Part shown: piece after piece, positions 1 to 10,629 of the stretch
Numbering within the stretch: position 1 is the first letter of the stretch
Layout of the letters: each line of letters opens with the position of its first letter
IMG/VR virus record: IMGVR_UViG_3300021962_000054
Coordinates: 31,796-95,795 of that record
Length of the DNA stretch: 64,000 nucleotides
Source: a virus
Strand: one strand, 5' to 3'
Program-made: the position numbers and the translations under genes
Notes under the pieces: model-generated
Seen by the model: only the letters and a program-made list of their open reading frames with translations
Databases searched by the model: none
What the model was told of the DNA's origin: nothing

Positions 1-375
1 TACGCTGACTTGGCAGAAAAATATGTCTCAGACGCAGATTATGAAGTCGGCACAGTTCTTGTATTCGGCGGAGAACATGAAGTAACTCTAGCAAATGAGT
101 TTGATTCACATCGCGTAGCAGGTGTAGTATCTCATAATGCAGCATACATCATGAATGCAGGATGCGAAGGTGAACATGTAGTTGACTTAGCATTGACAGG
201 TCGTGTCCCAGTCAAGGTACATGGTCCAGTCGCTAAGGGTGACTTGATGGTAACTGGTGAAAACGGTCACGCAGTCGCTAACAACATGGCACGTGCAGGT
301 ACAATACTTGGTAAGGCGCTTCAAAACTTTGAAGGCGGTTCAGGTATAATTGAAGTTGTAGTCGGTAGAGTATAA
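1..375 (+). CDS. C-terminal part of a tail-fibre/virion protein with an intramolecular-chaperone (peptidase G2/S74-like) tail; 5'-truncated by the window
   Basis: Frame open from base 1; YADLAEKY..D..YE.GTV...AGVVS...AL.GRVPVKV.G...KGD motif typical of phage fibre C-termini. Confidence 0.7.
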   Translation, partial: YADLAEKYVSDADYEVGTVLVFGGEHEVTLANEFDSHRVAGVVSHNAAYIMNAGCEGEHVVDLALTGRVPVKVHGPVAKGDLMVTGENGHAVANNMARAGTILGKALQNFEGGSGIIEVVVGRV

Positions 376-409
376 TCTCTACCGGCTTATCTTTGACGAT
401 AAGTACACT

Positions 410-853
410 GTGACGAATATTTTCCTCGCAGACTACGAGTCTCGCCTACAATCTTGGGCAAAACTTAGATTTGACTTATATGATAAACCTCTAGATAAAA
501 TTTGTTTAGAGGTTGATCAATTTTGGCAACGTGTTCCAACCCAACAACATTATCTACACACGGATTTTATAAAAGATTGGCCTAATCCTTGGCAATTATT
601 ATCAGACAATACATATTGTTATTATGCCCGTGCTTTGGGTATGATATACACATTGTTGTTACTGGGCAACAGAAACATTGACCTTGTTGACGCAGTAGAC
701 GATAATAGTAACGAAGTGGTATTAGTCCTAGTTGATAACGCAAAATATGTGCTGAATTACTGGCCCGACACGGCAGTAAATAATTGCATCAGTGACTTTG
801 CGATAACTAGACAACACGATATAACACCGCTTTACTCTAAGATAGGTCGATAA
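410..853 (+). CDS. hypothetical phage protein
   Basis: 147-aa ORF, TAAGTA late-type element just upstream, stop overlaps the nrdA start. Confidence 0.7.
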   Translation: MTNIFLADYESRLQSWAKLRFDLYDKPLDKICLEVDQFWQRVPTQQHYLHTDFIKDWPNPWQLLSDNTYCYYARALGMIYTLLLLGNRNIDLVDAVDDNSNEVVLVLVDNAKYVLNYWPDTAVNNCISDFAITRQHDITPLYSKIGR

Positions 854-3165
854 TGAAAATAAATGTAGTAAAAAGAAACGGAAATAAAGAACCACTGGCC
901 ATAGAAAAATGGCAACAACAAGTAGCAAAAGTTTGTAATGGCGTAGCAGATATCAGTCAGAGTATGATTGAGATCAAGGCTCAACCACACTTTCATGACG
1001 GTATCACTACTAGAGAAATTGACGAGATTACATTACGTGCTATCGTAGATTTGATCGACAGCGACACTAATCCAGATATCGGTCATACCAATTATCAATT
1101 CGTAGCAGGTAAGCAAAGATTATCAATGCTACGCAAAGATGTTTATGGAAGTTACACACCGCCCAGTCTATACGGTATAGTAAAGAAAAATGTAGAGTTG
1201 GGGCTATACACTAGTGATTTATTAGAATGGTACACTGAAGAAGAATTCAATAAAATGGACGAGATGATCGACCATGAAAAAGATGAACAATATAGTTACG
1301 CAGCCATCGAACAATTGATTGAGAAATATCTTGTCCGCAATCGTGCTACCAAAGAAATCTATGAGACACCCCAAATTCGCTACATGATCGCGGCAGCAAC
1401 AGTATTTCATAATGAAGATAAGGCACAACGACTAAAATATATCAAAGAATATTACACTTGTGCTAGTGACGGATTATTCACATTAGCCACTCCCGTTCTT
1501 GCTGGTCTTGGAACACCGACTAAGCAGTTTAGTTCTTGTGTTCTCATCAGATCAGATGATGACCTCGATTCAATATTCGCATCAGGCGAGATGATGGCTA
1601 AGTATGCTAGCAAACGTGCTGGCATCGGTCTTGAGATCGGACGTTTACGCCCATTGGGTAGTCCTATTCGCGGTGGCGAAGTCATGCACACTGGCATGAT
1701 CCCGTTCTTAAAGAAGTGGTATGGTGATTTACGTTCATGCTCACAGGGTGGTATTCGTAATGCGTCAGCAACAATATTCTACCCAATATGGCACTATCAG
1801 TTTGACGATTTGATCGTATTGAAGAATAACCAAGGAACTGATGAAACTAGAGTACGTCATATGGACTATGGCGTAGTACTATCAGCATTCTTCTTCAAAA
1901 GGTTCAAAAACCGTGAAAATATAACGTTTTTTGACCCCAACGAAGTTCCTGATTTATACGAAGCGTTCTATACAAATACTCAGAAGTTTGAAGAACTTTA
2001 CGTCAAATATGAAAAACGTAAGGATTTACGCAAAAAAGTGATGAACGCTGAAGATGTATTCAAGGGCGGTATATTGAAAGAAAGAACGGATACTGGACGT
2101 ATCTATCTAGTATTCATCGATAACGTAATGAACCAGGGTCCGTTTGATCCAGAATATCACACAATCTATCAAAGCAATCTATGTTGCGAGATATTGCTCC
2201 CAACTAAGCCATTCAAAAGATTAGATGATCCAGACGGTCGTATCGCACTATGTACATTGGGCAGCATCAATTGGGGTGCTTTCCGTAACCCAGAAGATAT
2301 GCGTAGAGCATGTCGCATATTACAACGTAGTTTGTGTAACATACTTGACTATCAGGACTTCTTGTCAATACAAAGCAAGTTGAGTAACGATGAAATACAA
2401 CCATTAGGAATTGGTGTTACTAATCTTGCTTACTGGCATGCAAAGCGTGGCATAAAGTATGGCGAGAGTGATAGTCTACAAGAAGTCAAAACTTGGATGG
2501 AGCATCAGGCATATTATTTGACTGAAGCCACTGTTGAACTTGCCAAAGAACGAGGTAAGTGTGTAGATAGTGATAAGACACGTTATGGTCAAGGTATTTT
2601 CCCTTGGGAGCATAGAGCTTCCGGTGTGAACAAACTCGCAGATTTCAAGCCCGAGTTAGACTGGGAACCACTCCGAGAAGAGATGAAGCAATATGGTGTT
2701 AGAAATGCCACACTGATGGCAATCGCCCCTGTTGAGAGTTCGTCAGTAGTGATAAACTCTACTAACGGCATAGAAATGCCTATGTCGTTGATCACGGTCA
2801 AAGAGTCAAAAGCGGGTTCGTTCACACAGGTCGTACCAGAATACAACAAGCTGAAGAATAAATATCAACTCATGTGGGATCAAACTGACTGTATCGGATA
2901 CTTGAAAACAGCAGCAGTACTCGCTGCGTATGTTGATCAAAGTATTAGCACAAACACATTCTATAATCCTGCACACTTTGAAGGGCGTAAAGTTCCTTCA
3001 ACATTGATCGCTAAGAATTTGATGTTAGCACATCAATATGGATTGAAGACTTTCTACTACAGTTTGATCAATAAGGCTGGATCTAAAGTAGAAGAAGAAC
3101 AACAGACCGAACAAGCTGAACATCAAGTAGTAAGCGAAGAAGATTGCGAAAGCTGTAAACTATAA
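853..3165 (+). CDS. nrdA: ribonucleotide reductase class Ia alpha subunit
   Basis: N-terminal ATP cone (VVKRNG), QFSSCVL, SNLCCEI catalytic motif, TFYY pair, C-terminal CESC. Confidence 0.98.
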   Translation: MKINVVKRNGNKEPLAIEKWQQQVAKVCNGVADISQSMIEIKAQPHFHDGITTREIDEITLRAIVDLIDSDTNPDIGHTNYQFVAGKQRLSMLRKDVYGSYTPPSLYGIVKKNVELGLYTSDLLEWYTEEEFNKMDEMIDHEKDEQYSYAAIEQLIEKYLVRNRATKEIYETPQIRYMIAAATVFHNEDKAQRLKYIKEYYTCASDGLFTLATPVLAGLGTPTKQFSSCVLIRSDDDLDSIFASGEMMAKYASKRAGIGLEIGRLRPLGSPIRGGEVMHTGMIPFLKKWYGDLRSCSQGGIRNASATIFYPIWHYQFDDLIVLKNNQGTDETRVRHMDYGVVLSAFFFKRFKNRENITFFDPNEVPDLYEAFYTNTQKFEELYVKYEKRKDLRKKVMNAEDVFKGGILKERTDTGRIYLVFIDNVMNQGPFDPEYHTIYQSNLCCEILLPTKPFKRLDDPDGRIALCTLGSINWGAFRNPEDMRRACRILQRSLCNILDYQDFLSIQSKLSNDEIQPLGIGVTNLAYWHAKRGIKYGESDSLQEVKTWMEHQAYYLTEATVELAKERGKCVDSDKTRYGQGIFPWEHRASGVNKLADFKPELDWEPLREEMKQYGVRNATLMAIAPVESSSVVINSTNGIEMPMSLITVKESKAGSFTQVVPEYNKLKNKYQLMWDQTDCIGYLKTAAVLAAYVDQSISTNTFYNPAHFEGRKVPSTLIAKNLMLAHQYGLKTFYYSLINKAGSKVEEEQQTEQAEHQVVSEEDCESCKL

Positions 3166-3166
3166 T

Positions 3167-3481
3167 ATGACAATAGTCCAAAAATTTATTTGGGAATATC
3201 CTGACGGTATACAGTCAACATTAGATGATTGGGTATTGACTTTAAGTGAATATGAACAAAAACGATTCGAAGAGGCACGAAAAAACACAGATATAGGAAG
3301 ACAGCAGGCTATAGATGAAGGCAGATTGATTTTAACTGATGACGGTCAATATACATGGAAAGATCAAGAAGCATTCGCACAACATAAGTATCAAGATCCT
3401 ATTTGGGAAGAATACTTCAATCGATGGCTTACAGAAACAGGAATTACTTGTCGTTGGGAAATGATTGATCAAGATTTGTGA
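3167..3481 (+). CDS. hypothetical protein between nrdA and nrdB
   Basis: 104-aa ORF abutting the nrdA stop. Confidence 0.65.
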   Translation: MTIVQKFIWEYPDGIQSTLDDWVLTLSEYEQKRFEEARKNTDIGRQQAIDEGRLILTDDGQYTWKDQEAFAQHKYQDPIWEEYFNRWLTETGITCRWEMIDQDL

Positions 3482-3522
3482 ACACGACTCTGTAAAATAG
3501 TACTAGCATCAGGAAATTACAA

Positions 3523-4623
3523 ATGAGCAAAGAACAATATAACCTAAAAACTAAAACTGATTATTTGAATCGCAAGATGTTCTTGGATCCAAAAGGTCCA
3601 GTAACCATTCAAAGATTTGAAGAAGTAAAATACAACAAATTACAGAAACTAGAACAAACAGCTAGAGGTTTCTTCTGGGTTCCAGAAGAAGTCAGTCTCA
3701 CTAAAGATGCTAATGATTTCAAAGAAAGTAGTGATGCTGTGAAGCATATCTTTACAAGCAACCTATTACGTCAGACTGCCCTTGATAGTTTACAAGGTCG
3801 CGGCCCTAGCCAGATATTCACTCCAGTCATCTCATTACCAGAACTAGAAGCATTAGTCTATAATTGGACATTCTTTGAAACTAATATTCATAGTCGTTCT
3901 TATTCACACATCATTCGCAACATCTATAATGTACCAAAAGATGTTTTCAATACTATACACGATACTAAAGAAATCGTTGATATGGCAAGTAGTGTTGGCA
4001 AGTATTATGATGATTTACATTTGCTCAACTGTAAAGTAGAAGCAGGGGAAAAGGTAAAAGAAAGTGATCATATCAAAGCGATCTGGTTAGCACTCAACGC
4101 AAGTTACGCACTTGAAGCATTTAGATTCATGGTCAGTTTTGCCACAAGCCTCGCAATGGTTGAAAATAAAATCTTTATCGGTAATGGGAATGTCATCAGT
4201 TTGATATTACAAGACGAATTGCTACATAAAGAATGGACAGCATGGATCATCAATCAAGTTGTCAAAGAAGATCCAAGATTCGCAAAAGCAAAAGAACAAT
4301 GTGAAACTGAAGTTTATGAGATGTATATGGATGTTATCCGCGAAGAAAAAGATTGGGCAGACTATTTGTTCATCAAGGGCAATGTTATTGGACTCAATGC
4401 AAATATATTGAAAGATTTCGTTGACTTCACTGCCAACACAGCACTCAAAGACATTGGTATCAAGTACCAAAATCCTGCACCCAAAATTACTCCTATACCT
4501 TGGTTCAACAAGCATAGCGATACTAGCAAAAAGCAAACAGCATTGCAGGAAAACGAAAGTACTAATTACGTCATTGGCGTGATGAGTGACCAACTAAATT
4601 ATGACGATCTACCGTCACTATAA
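3523..4623 (+). CDS. nrdB: ribonucleotide reductase class Ia beta subunit
   Basis: FFWVPEEV, ETNIHSRSY (radical Tyr), LEAFRF and DELLH di-iron motifs. Confidence 0.97.
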   Translation: MSKEQYNLKTKTDYLNRKMFLDPKGPVTIQRFEEVKYNKLQKLEQTARGFFWVPEEVSLTKDANDFKESSDAVKHIFTSNLLRQTALDSLQGRGPSQIFTPVISLPELEALVYNWTFFETNIHSRSYSHIIRNIYNVPKDVFNTIHDTKEIVDMASSVGKYYDDLHLLNCKVEAGEKVKESDHIKAIWLALNASYALEAFRFMVSFATSLAMVENKIFIGNGNVISLILQDELLHKEWTAWIINQVVKEDPRFAKAKEQCETEVYEMYMDVIREEKDWADYLFIKGNVIGLNANILKDFVDFTANTALKDIGIKYQNPAPKITPIPWFNKHSDTSKKQTALQENESTNYVIGVMSDQLNYDDLPSL

Positions 4624-4649
4624 TATATAATAAACATAAGGAGAATAAA

Positions 4650-4880
4650 ATGAAAGCCATTGTATGGAGCAAACCTGATTGTCCCTATTGCGTAGTAGCA
4701 AAAAAATTATTAGAAACTAAAGGATATCAAGTGGAAGAAAGAAGAATAGGATTCGGGTGGAATAGAGAACAATTGCTTGAAGCAGTACCGCACGCACGTA
4801 CAGTACCGCAGATATTTTTAGATGGACAGTATATCGGCGGAAGCGACGATCTAAAAAAATATTTCAATGAGGCAAAATAA
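4650..4880 (+). CDS. grxC: glutaredoxin
   Basis: CPYC, TVPQIF, IGG motifs; AGGAG RBS. Confidence 0.93.
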   Translation: MKAIVWSKPDCPYCVVAKKLLETKGYQVEERRIGFGWNREQLLEAVPHARTVPQIFLDGQYIGGSDDLKKYFNEAK

Positions 4881-5183
4881 ATGCAATTAGTAAAAGACGA
4901 GATTTATACATTCAAACTCAATAGCGGTGAAGAATTGATCGCTAAAATCGTAGAAGTGACAGAAACATATCTAGTTCTCACTGAACCCGTGAGTATCGGT
5001 CCTAGCCCACAAGGCGGACTTGGACTAGTACCAAGTTTATTTACCTACAATAACCGAGAAAATGTCAGACTAAATACTAGTAGCCTTGCACTAGTAGCCC
5101 AAACAGACGATAATGTAAAGACAAAGTACATCGAAGCAACTACTGGATTACAAGTGCCTGCAAAGAAAGTATTGATAGGATAA
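4881..5183 (+). CDS. Sm-like (LSm-fold) phage protein
   Basis: FKLNSGEELIAK N-terminus typical of T4-like phage Sm-like proteins. Confidence 0.65.
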   Translation: MQLVKDEIYTFKLNSGEELIAKIVEVTETYLVLTEPVSIGPSPQGGLGLVPSLFTYNNRENVRLNTSSLALVAQTDDNVKTKYIEATTGLQVPAKKVLIG

Positions 5184-5186
5184 ACT

Positions 5187-5468
5187 ATGGCAGCAAAAAA
5201 ACTCAGTAGGAAGGGAGACAAGAATACAACAGGTGGGGTGTTACAAAAAGGATGCAATACTGTATTTGCCAATAACAAACCAGTAGCAACACATCCTAAT
5301 AAAATTACACCGCATAGTCCTCCTAAACCTAGCATACATAAGAATGCTGTGACTACTGAAGGAAGTCCTACTGTTTTTGCTGAAAATAAGCCAGTTGTTC
5401 GTGTAGATTCTGGAAACAACTGCGGTCACAAAATTGTTGAAGGAAGCGAGAACGTTTTCGTTCCATAA
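5187..5468 (+). CDS. PAAR-repeat baseplate spike tip protein (gp5.4-like)
   Basis: RKGD, GSPTVFAENKPVVRVD, CGH, GSENVF motifs. Confidence 0.9.
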   Translation: MAAKKLSRKGDKNTTGGVLQKGCNTVFANNKPVATHPNKITPHSPPKPSIHKNAVTTEGSPTVFAENKPVVRVDSGNNCGHKIVEGSENVFVP

Positions 5469-5471
5469 CTT

Positions 5472-8015
5472 ATGTCAGACACAGGTATACAAAGTCCGTT
5501 AGGTGTAAACGTTGTTGCATCAACCATCCTAAATGAAGGACTAAGTATCAATCCGGTCGCACAGCGTTTGATCGGAACTAGTCAGACAAATGATACTTAC
5601 ACACCAGGATCAATAATAAACGATACTTGCTTGTCTTGGGCTACACAATCAATACAAGCGGCATATTATTCAAATGGTTTTAGAGACAGTGACGGCTTAT
5701 CACCTACAGAAATCATAGGTGATTTAGTTGGGATTACAAACTATCTCGGTATATTGACTGTAAAAAAAGTTATAAGAGGAGGAATAATTCCTCGCGGTCA
5801 AATTTTAGTGCAAGATATGCCTATTATATTACCTAGCAATCAAATGACGGGATTTGGTGCTAGATTCGTAATCACAGAAATGGGCGATACAGACTGGGCT
5901 AGACAAGACGTATATGGTTTTCCTCCATATAGTGATGACATGGGGAGATATCAATATGTAATTGAAATTAATCCCCAATCTAGTCCGGGAGTGTATCAGA
6001 CAGATTTTACAGTAGTAGGAGCACCCTCAAATGACGTAGGCACTGTGTTTGAATGCACGGTTTCAGGACCATCACTACCGGGCTATACACAAGGTCAAGT
6101 TAGAAGATTGGGATACAGTGTCGGGACAGTAATAGTCTCAAACGGTAGTGGAATAGGTTATGGTATCAACGGTAAAGGACAAGCACTAACTTTAGGATTC
6201 TTTATAGGTAACTTAGTTTCGGGTGACGGTAATACACCGGGTAGTCAATGGCAAGTATATTTTCTTGATCCTGGCCCAGGCGCAGCCGGTAAATGGTGTC
6301 TGGATTATACACCAGATGTAGCTGAATATATGAATTTTACAGACCATACATTTAGATTCCAAGTACCAAATATAACATATTATAATTCTAATATTGATAA
6401 AGATACCTATGATAATTTACTTGCAATGGGACAAAGCAGAATTCCTGCATTATCAAACAGTTTGCCTCCAACATATCTAATCAATGATCCTTCAAACGTT
6501 TGGGGAGGGCAAGCAACAAGCGGATATGCGATATCAGGTAATGTAGGTCAAGGACAAGAAGCAAAGTGGTTTCCCTACGATACTGACAACAATAACTTTT
6601 CTGTCACGCAATGGGGTTTTTTACGTTGCCTAGCATTGCAAGCATGGAACGTATTCAACTGGCAAGGATCAAGCCCGCTAAACGAAGATCCAGAATATAA
6701 AAATTATACTACTCAATTTTTGAATCTAGATGGATTTATAGAACAATCCAATAAAGCATTGATGACATTGCGCAATTCAGTCGAATTTCTTGACGGGACA
6801 TATAGTAATATGAATGATCTTATTACCGGCGATATTACCGGTGTAAGTTTATCTACTCAAGCATTTGGTGAAGATTTGACTAATTTAGGAAAAGCGATAC
6901 CACTATCATCAATCGCTAAGTTTGGTTTGCCTAGCGTGTTGTTACAAACACTGCAACAAAATAATGCATTGACACAACCTGTAATATTGGCTTTACTCAC
7001 AAGCGGGTTGTCGCAAAATGAAATAAATGACATCAGTGCAGGAAATCTTACACCAAGTGTTGATCAAGAGCAAAAAATTTATGGAGCTTTTAGTGTAATA
7101 ACCGGTCAAGATTGTAAAACTATATTGAAAACATTAGGATGTAAAACTAAAGGAATTTTGCAACTCATAGACTTATTGAACGTCAAAAAAATGTTTCCAA
7201 TCAGCTATACTAGTTTGACTGTTCCGGTATATAACACTAGCCCCGGACCTACAAATAGTAAAACCTATTACTTATTATTTGTTGATAGAGAAGTTAATCC
7301 TCAGCTTTTTACAAAGAGAATGAAAGAGATGGTGGGAACGATAGAACCGATAGTAGAACCACCCCCGCCTTTGCCGGATCCTCTCCCTACTCCGGTGATA
7401 GAAGAAATTTTAGAGGTAATCGCAGAACCTCCTATATTATTACCTCCGCCACCGACACCGGATATTCCTATTCCGCCAGCAGTGCAACCACCTCCTCCAC
7501 CACAACCAGTGCCTCCACCTGCTCCAGTCAAACAAGGCGGTGGTGGTTGCGTAGCACTAGAGAGTTTCGTGCCACTGGTAGAAACAGAACAAAAGCACAA
7601 TGGCAGAGAAATAACAAAAGCCTGGATGCTAGAAAGCGGTATGAAGATAAGTCTTGGCACAGAAGAGTTAGAGATAGTAGACGGCAACGTAGTAAAAACA
7701 CTCAACGATTATCAGCCTTGTGTTAGAATTAGCACAAGCGACGGTATAACACTTGTGTGCAGTACAACTGCTCCTATATTGACAAAAGACAAAGGGTTTA
7801 TTCCAGCAACAGAAGTATATGGTAAACGTGTAGCAGTCATGCGTAATGGCGTAACATGGTATGATGAAGTTGTTGGACTAGAAGATGTTGGTATGAAGTT
7901 TGTGCGTGTAATTGACGCAGGTAATAATAGTTTTTGGGCAGGCGAACGTCCTGGATCATTTATACTACACCACAACGTACCAATCAAAGATGGATTCGAC
8001 TACGATAAGAAATAA
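5472..8015 (+). CDS. large probable virion/baseplate-associated protein with a Pro-rich linker and C-terminal Hint domain (7548-7976)
   Basis: 847 aa following PAAR; poly-Pro, then GGGG|CVALES ... ILHHN|V. Confidence 0.75.
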   Translation: MSDTGIQSPLGVNVVASTILNEGLSINPVAQRLIGTSQTNDTYTPGSIINDTCLSWATQSIQAAYYSNGFRDSDGLSPTEIIGDLVGITNYLGILTVKKVIRGGIIPRGQILVQDMPIILPSNQMTGFGARFVITEMGDTDWARQDVYGFPPYSDDMGRYQYVIEINPQSSPGVYQTDFTVVGAPSNDVGTVFECTVSGPSLPGYTQGQVRRLGYSVGTVIVSNGSGIGYGINGKGQALTLGFFIGNLVSGDGNTPGSQWQVYFLDPGPGAAGKWCLDYTPDVAEYMNFTDHTFRFQVPNITYYNSNIDKDTYDNLLAMGQSRIPALSNSLPPTYLINDPSNVWGGQATSGYAISGNVGQGQEAKWFPYDTDNNNFSVTQWGFLRCLALQAWNVFNWQGSSPLNEDPEYKNYTTQFLNLDGFIEQSNKALMTLRNSVEFLDGTYSNMNDLITGDITGVSLSTQAFGEDLTNLGKAIPLSSIAKFGLPSVLLQTLQQNNALTQPVILALLTSGLSQNEINDISAGNLTPSVDQEQKIYGAFSVITGQDCKTILKTLGCKTKGILQLIDLLNVKKMFPISYTSLTVPVYNTSPGPTNSKTYYLLFVDREVNPQLFTKRMKEMVGTIEPIVEPPPPLPDPLPTPVIEEILEVIAEPPILLPPPPTPDIPIPPAVQPPPPPQPVPPPAPVKQGGGGCVALESFVPLVETEQKHNGREITKAWMLESGMKISLGTEELEIVDGNVVKTLNDYQPCVRISTSDGITLVCSTTAPILTKDKGFIPATEVYGKRVAVMRNGVTWYDEVVGLEDVGMKFVRVIDAGNNSFWAGERPGSFILHHNVPIKDGFDYDKK

Positions 8016-8017
8016 TT

Positions 8018-9664
8018 ATGGCAGACGAACTAAATTTTCAAATACCGCCTCGAGGATATGATTCATATCTTAGAAATATTATTCCGGAAGAATTAGGAGT
8101 ATTGGCTGGTGCTTTTGGCATCAGTATGCAGCAGATCAAAAATATAGAAAATATTGATCCGCAGACGTTTGCAAAAATTGTATACTCACTTGAAACAAAT
8201 AACGGACTACCTTTGACTAACGGTACTAATGTGCCGACTAATGCTTTTACTGTTGATGCCGCATTGAGAAAAGTTGCTATAGGTTCAGGCCTTTATGGCA
8301 CATATACGCATAGTGATTTTATGGGCTCTATGACTGCATTGCCCTATGCATTACAAGACATTTATGATGGAATCAAAGAATTGCAAACTGATAGATTGAT
8401 AGAAATCTATAAAGAAATATGGGCTCTTTGCACGTATAGTCGCGCCATTATTAATATCACGTTTAGTCAATTTGATGAGTTAGAAAATCCATTACCACCT
8501 GAGGAATTTAGAATTACAGGGGCAAGTATTTTATATCCAGGTGGAGGATATGATCCTAATAGTCCACCAATTTTAAAACAAGAACAGGGGCCGTACACAC
8601 TACAAATAGGTACATTGACTGTAGGTAATGATCCTAATGATGCTGCTACTTATAAAAGAATTACGGGCGTAACCCTACTACCTGCTTATCAAAATAAAAT
8701 TATTACCGGGGCTTTAATACCTAGAGTAGAACCAGACCCACCAAATGATGCGTTTGGTCCTATAGACGATTTTTGGCTACAACGTAACGAGAGAATAAAC
8801 GAACTTATTATCGAGGCTGATGCTGAAATACAAAACATTTTATCAAGCAGCCCTGAGAATTTTGCAAGAGCAAAATTACTCAATGCTAATTGGTATCAGT
8901 TAGGCACAGCACTAAAAATAGAACAAAGAGCAAGATACACTGCGGTACCACCGGTACCAATTCCAAGAGATCCTTTCTTAGCATTATATCCTACAGCATT
9001 GTACAACTTTGTTGATGCACTACCCGAACTTGCAGCAAATACTATGCCGCATGGTCCGGCACAAAGTTTAGAAATGCTTGCTGACTTCTGTACTCCGGGC
9101 GGTCAAAGTATAGTAGCCATGATGCGTCAGGAACGTAATCAGCAAAGATTGGCAGAAATAGGAATCCCGTTAGATAACAACATTCCAAATTCTTTATCAG
9201 TCGAAGATCAGAGAGAATTGATGGCTAATGGAACGAAGTGTGGTGCAACTGATGAGGGCGGGGTGAACGCAGATAACGGTCTAAGTTTCCCTATGCCGGC
9301 ATTCCCAAATACTGAGGCATGCGATGGTACAGTTTTGACTATAGAGAAAAATACCACTTATGATAATACAGAATCAGCGTTACGTCTCTATGAGGATGTC
9401 AAACCGGGCACAATCGCTCCGTTACTCGGTAACCCTGATTGTAGCGTAGTTGCCGGTCCACAAATACCGGTAGGTGACTCTGAACTTCTAAGTACAGGAA
9501 TTCCTAGTTTCCTAGATTTAGATTTGAATGTTTCTATAGGAAATGTCATACCAGACAATCTAAACATCAACTACATTTCGGGCATATTGTTGCCTAGCCA
9601 ATACGATGTCAACGATGCTATCGATAAAGTCATAGAATGTAACTGTGATTGTTGGGTAAATTGA
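8018..9664 (+). CDS. large hypothetical (probable virion) protein ending in ECNCDCW
   Basis: 548-aa ORF starting 2 nt after the previous stop. Confidence 0.75.
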   Translation: MADELNFQIPPRGYDSYLRNIIPEELGVLAGAFGISMQQIKNIENIDPQTFAKIVYSLETNNGLPLTNGTNVPTNAFTVDAALRKVAIGSGLYGTYTHSDFMGSMTALPYALQDIYDGIKELQTDRLIEIYKEIWALCTYSRAIINITFSQFDELENPLPPEEFRITGASILYPGGGYDPNSPPILKQEQGPYTLQIGTLTVGNDPNDAATYKRITGVTLLPAYQNKIITGALIPRVEPDPPNDAFGPIDDFWLQRNERINELIIEADAEIQNILSSSPENFARAKLLNANWYQLGTALKIEQRARYTAVPPVPIPRDPFLALYPTALYNFVDALPELAANTMPHGPAQSLEMLADFCTPGGQSIVAMMRQERNQQRLAEIGIPLDNNIPNSLSVEDQRELMANGTKCGATDEGGVNADNGLSFPMPAFPNTEACDGTVLTIEKNTTYDNTESALRLYEDVKPGTIAPLLGNPDCSVVAGPQIPVGDSELLSTGIPSFLDLDLNVSIGNVIPDNLNINYISGILLPSQYDVNDAIDKVIECNCDCWVN

Positions 9665-9755
9665 TACCCAAAATAGTTGTATTATTATAATCAACAGCTT
9701 ATGATACATACATAATGTACCAACTAAAGGCAGAGATTCTGCTGGAGGAAAAGGC

Positions 9756-10289
9756 ATGTTGAAACAATCGTTGATCGCCCTAAATATAGTTTTAGGTCTT
9801 ATTTTCGTTTCATTTCTAACAACTGCTGTAGCAAATCATAAGTTTTCTGAATATAGAAACCGTGATTTCACAACAGAGTATATGACCGCAGCAGAAGTAG
9901 AGAAGAATCTACAATGTCTTGCGATGAATATCTATAAAGAGGCTGGATACGAGCCGTTTGAGGGTAAGGTTGCTGTGGCGCAAGTCACAATGAATCGTGT
10001 TGAAAGCGATCAATTCCCAAACGATATCTGTTCAGTAGTACATCAAAAAAATAGATTTACTGAAAAGGTTGTATGCCAGTTTAGTTGGTATTGCGATAGC
10101 AAACATCGTAATCGTCCCGTAGGTGAAGAAGCATACAACGAATCATACGAAGTAGCAAAGAAAGTTTTGTTAGAAAATTTTAGATTACAATCAGTTGAAG
10201 GTGCTTTATACTATCATGCCGACTACATCAAACCAAACTGGAAAAAGAAACGAGTTGCCAAGATCGGTCAACATATTTTCTATACATAA
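9756..10289 (+). CDS. cell wall hydrolase, SleB/Hydrolase_2 family
   Basis: N-terminal TM; CLAMNIYKEA..EP..G..AVAQV..NRV, CQFSW, YYHADY..P.W, IG.HIFY. Confidence 0.92.
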   Translation: MLKQSLIALNIVLGLIFVSFLTTAVANHKFSEYRNRDFTTEYMTAAEVEKNLQCLAMNIYKEAGYEPFEGKVAVAQVTMNRVESDQFPNDICSVVHQKNRFTEKVVCQFSWYCDSKHRNRPVGEEAYNESYEVAKKVLLENFRLQSVEGALYYHADYIKPNWKKKRVAKIGQHIFYT

Positions 10290-10290
10290 T

Positions 10291-10626
10291 ATGAAACAAT
10301 ATATTTTCGTTTTAGTTGATAAAGTCAAACTGTTACTGAAGAACCTATATCAGGAATTCAAGAACAGCATCAAGGGCATCAGCATTGAAGGCATCAACTG
10401 GACAGCATTGCTCACATTACAAGCGATACTGTTGCCGTCATTGTTTGGATTGATGTCAGGTCTCACAGATGATGTGCCACCTATCGACATGGTCTTGATA
10501 CTATATGCTGCGCTAGCATTGTTCTATGTCAAGGCGATCATCGAAAAGAATGTTGTTAGCCTAATCATTATAGGCGCAGGATTTATCGGACAAAGTATTT
10601 TGATGGCTCTGATCTTCTTTAAATAG
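10291..10626 (+). CDS. small multi-pass membrane protein
   Basis: Three hydrophobic segments; ATG 10291 preferred over the upstream overlapping start. Confidence 0.7.
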   Translation: MKQYIFVLVDKVKLLLKNLYQEFKNSIKGISIEGINWTALLTLQAILLPSLFGLMSGLTDDVPPIDMVLILYAALALFYVKAIIEKNVVSLIIIGAGFIGQSILMALIFFK

Positions 10627-10629
10627 AAA

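Noticed and set aside
3167-3481. Homing endonuclease or intron between nrdA and nrdB
   Set aside because: No HNH, GIY-YIG or LAGLIDADG motif; both nrd genes are uninterrupted
7548-7976. Canonical splicing intein
   Set aside because: Asn is followed by Val, the block-B His is absent, there is no endonuclease, and only 12 residues follow
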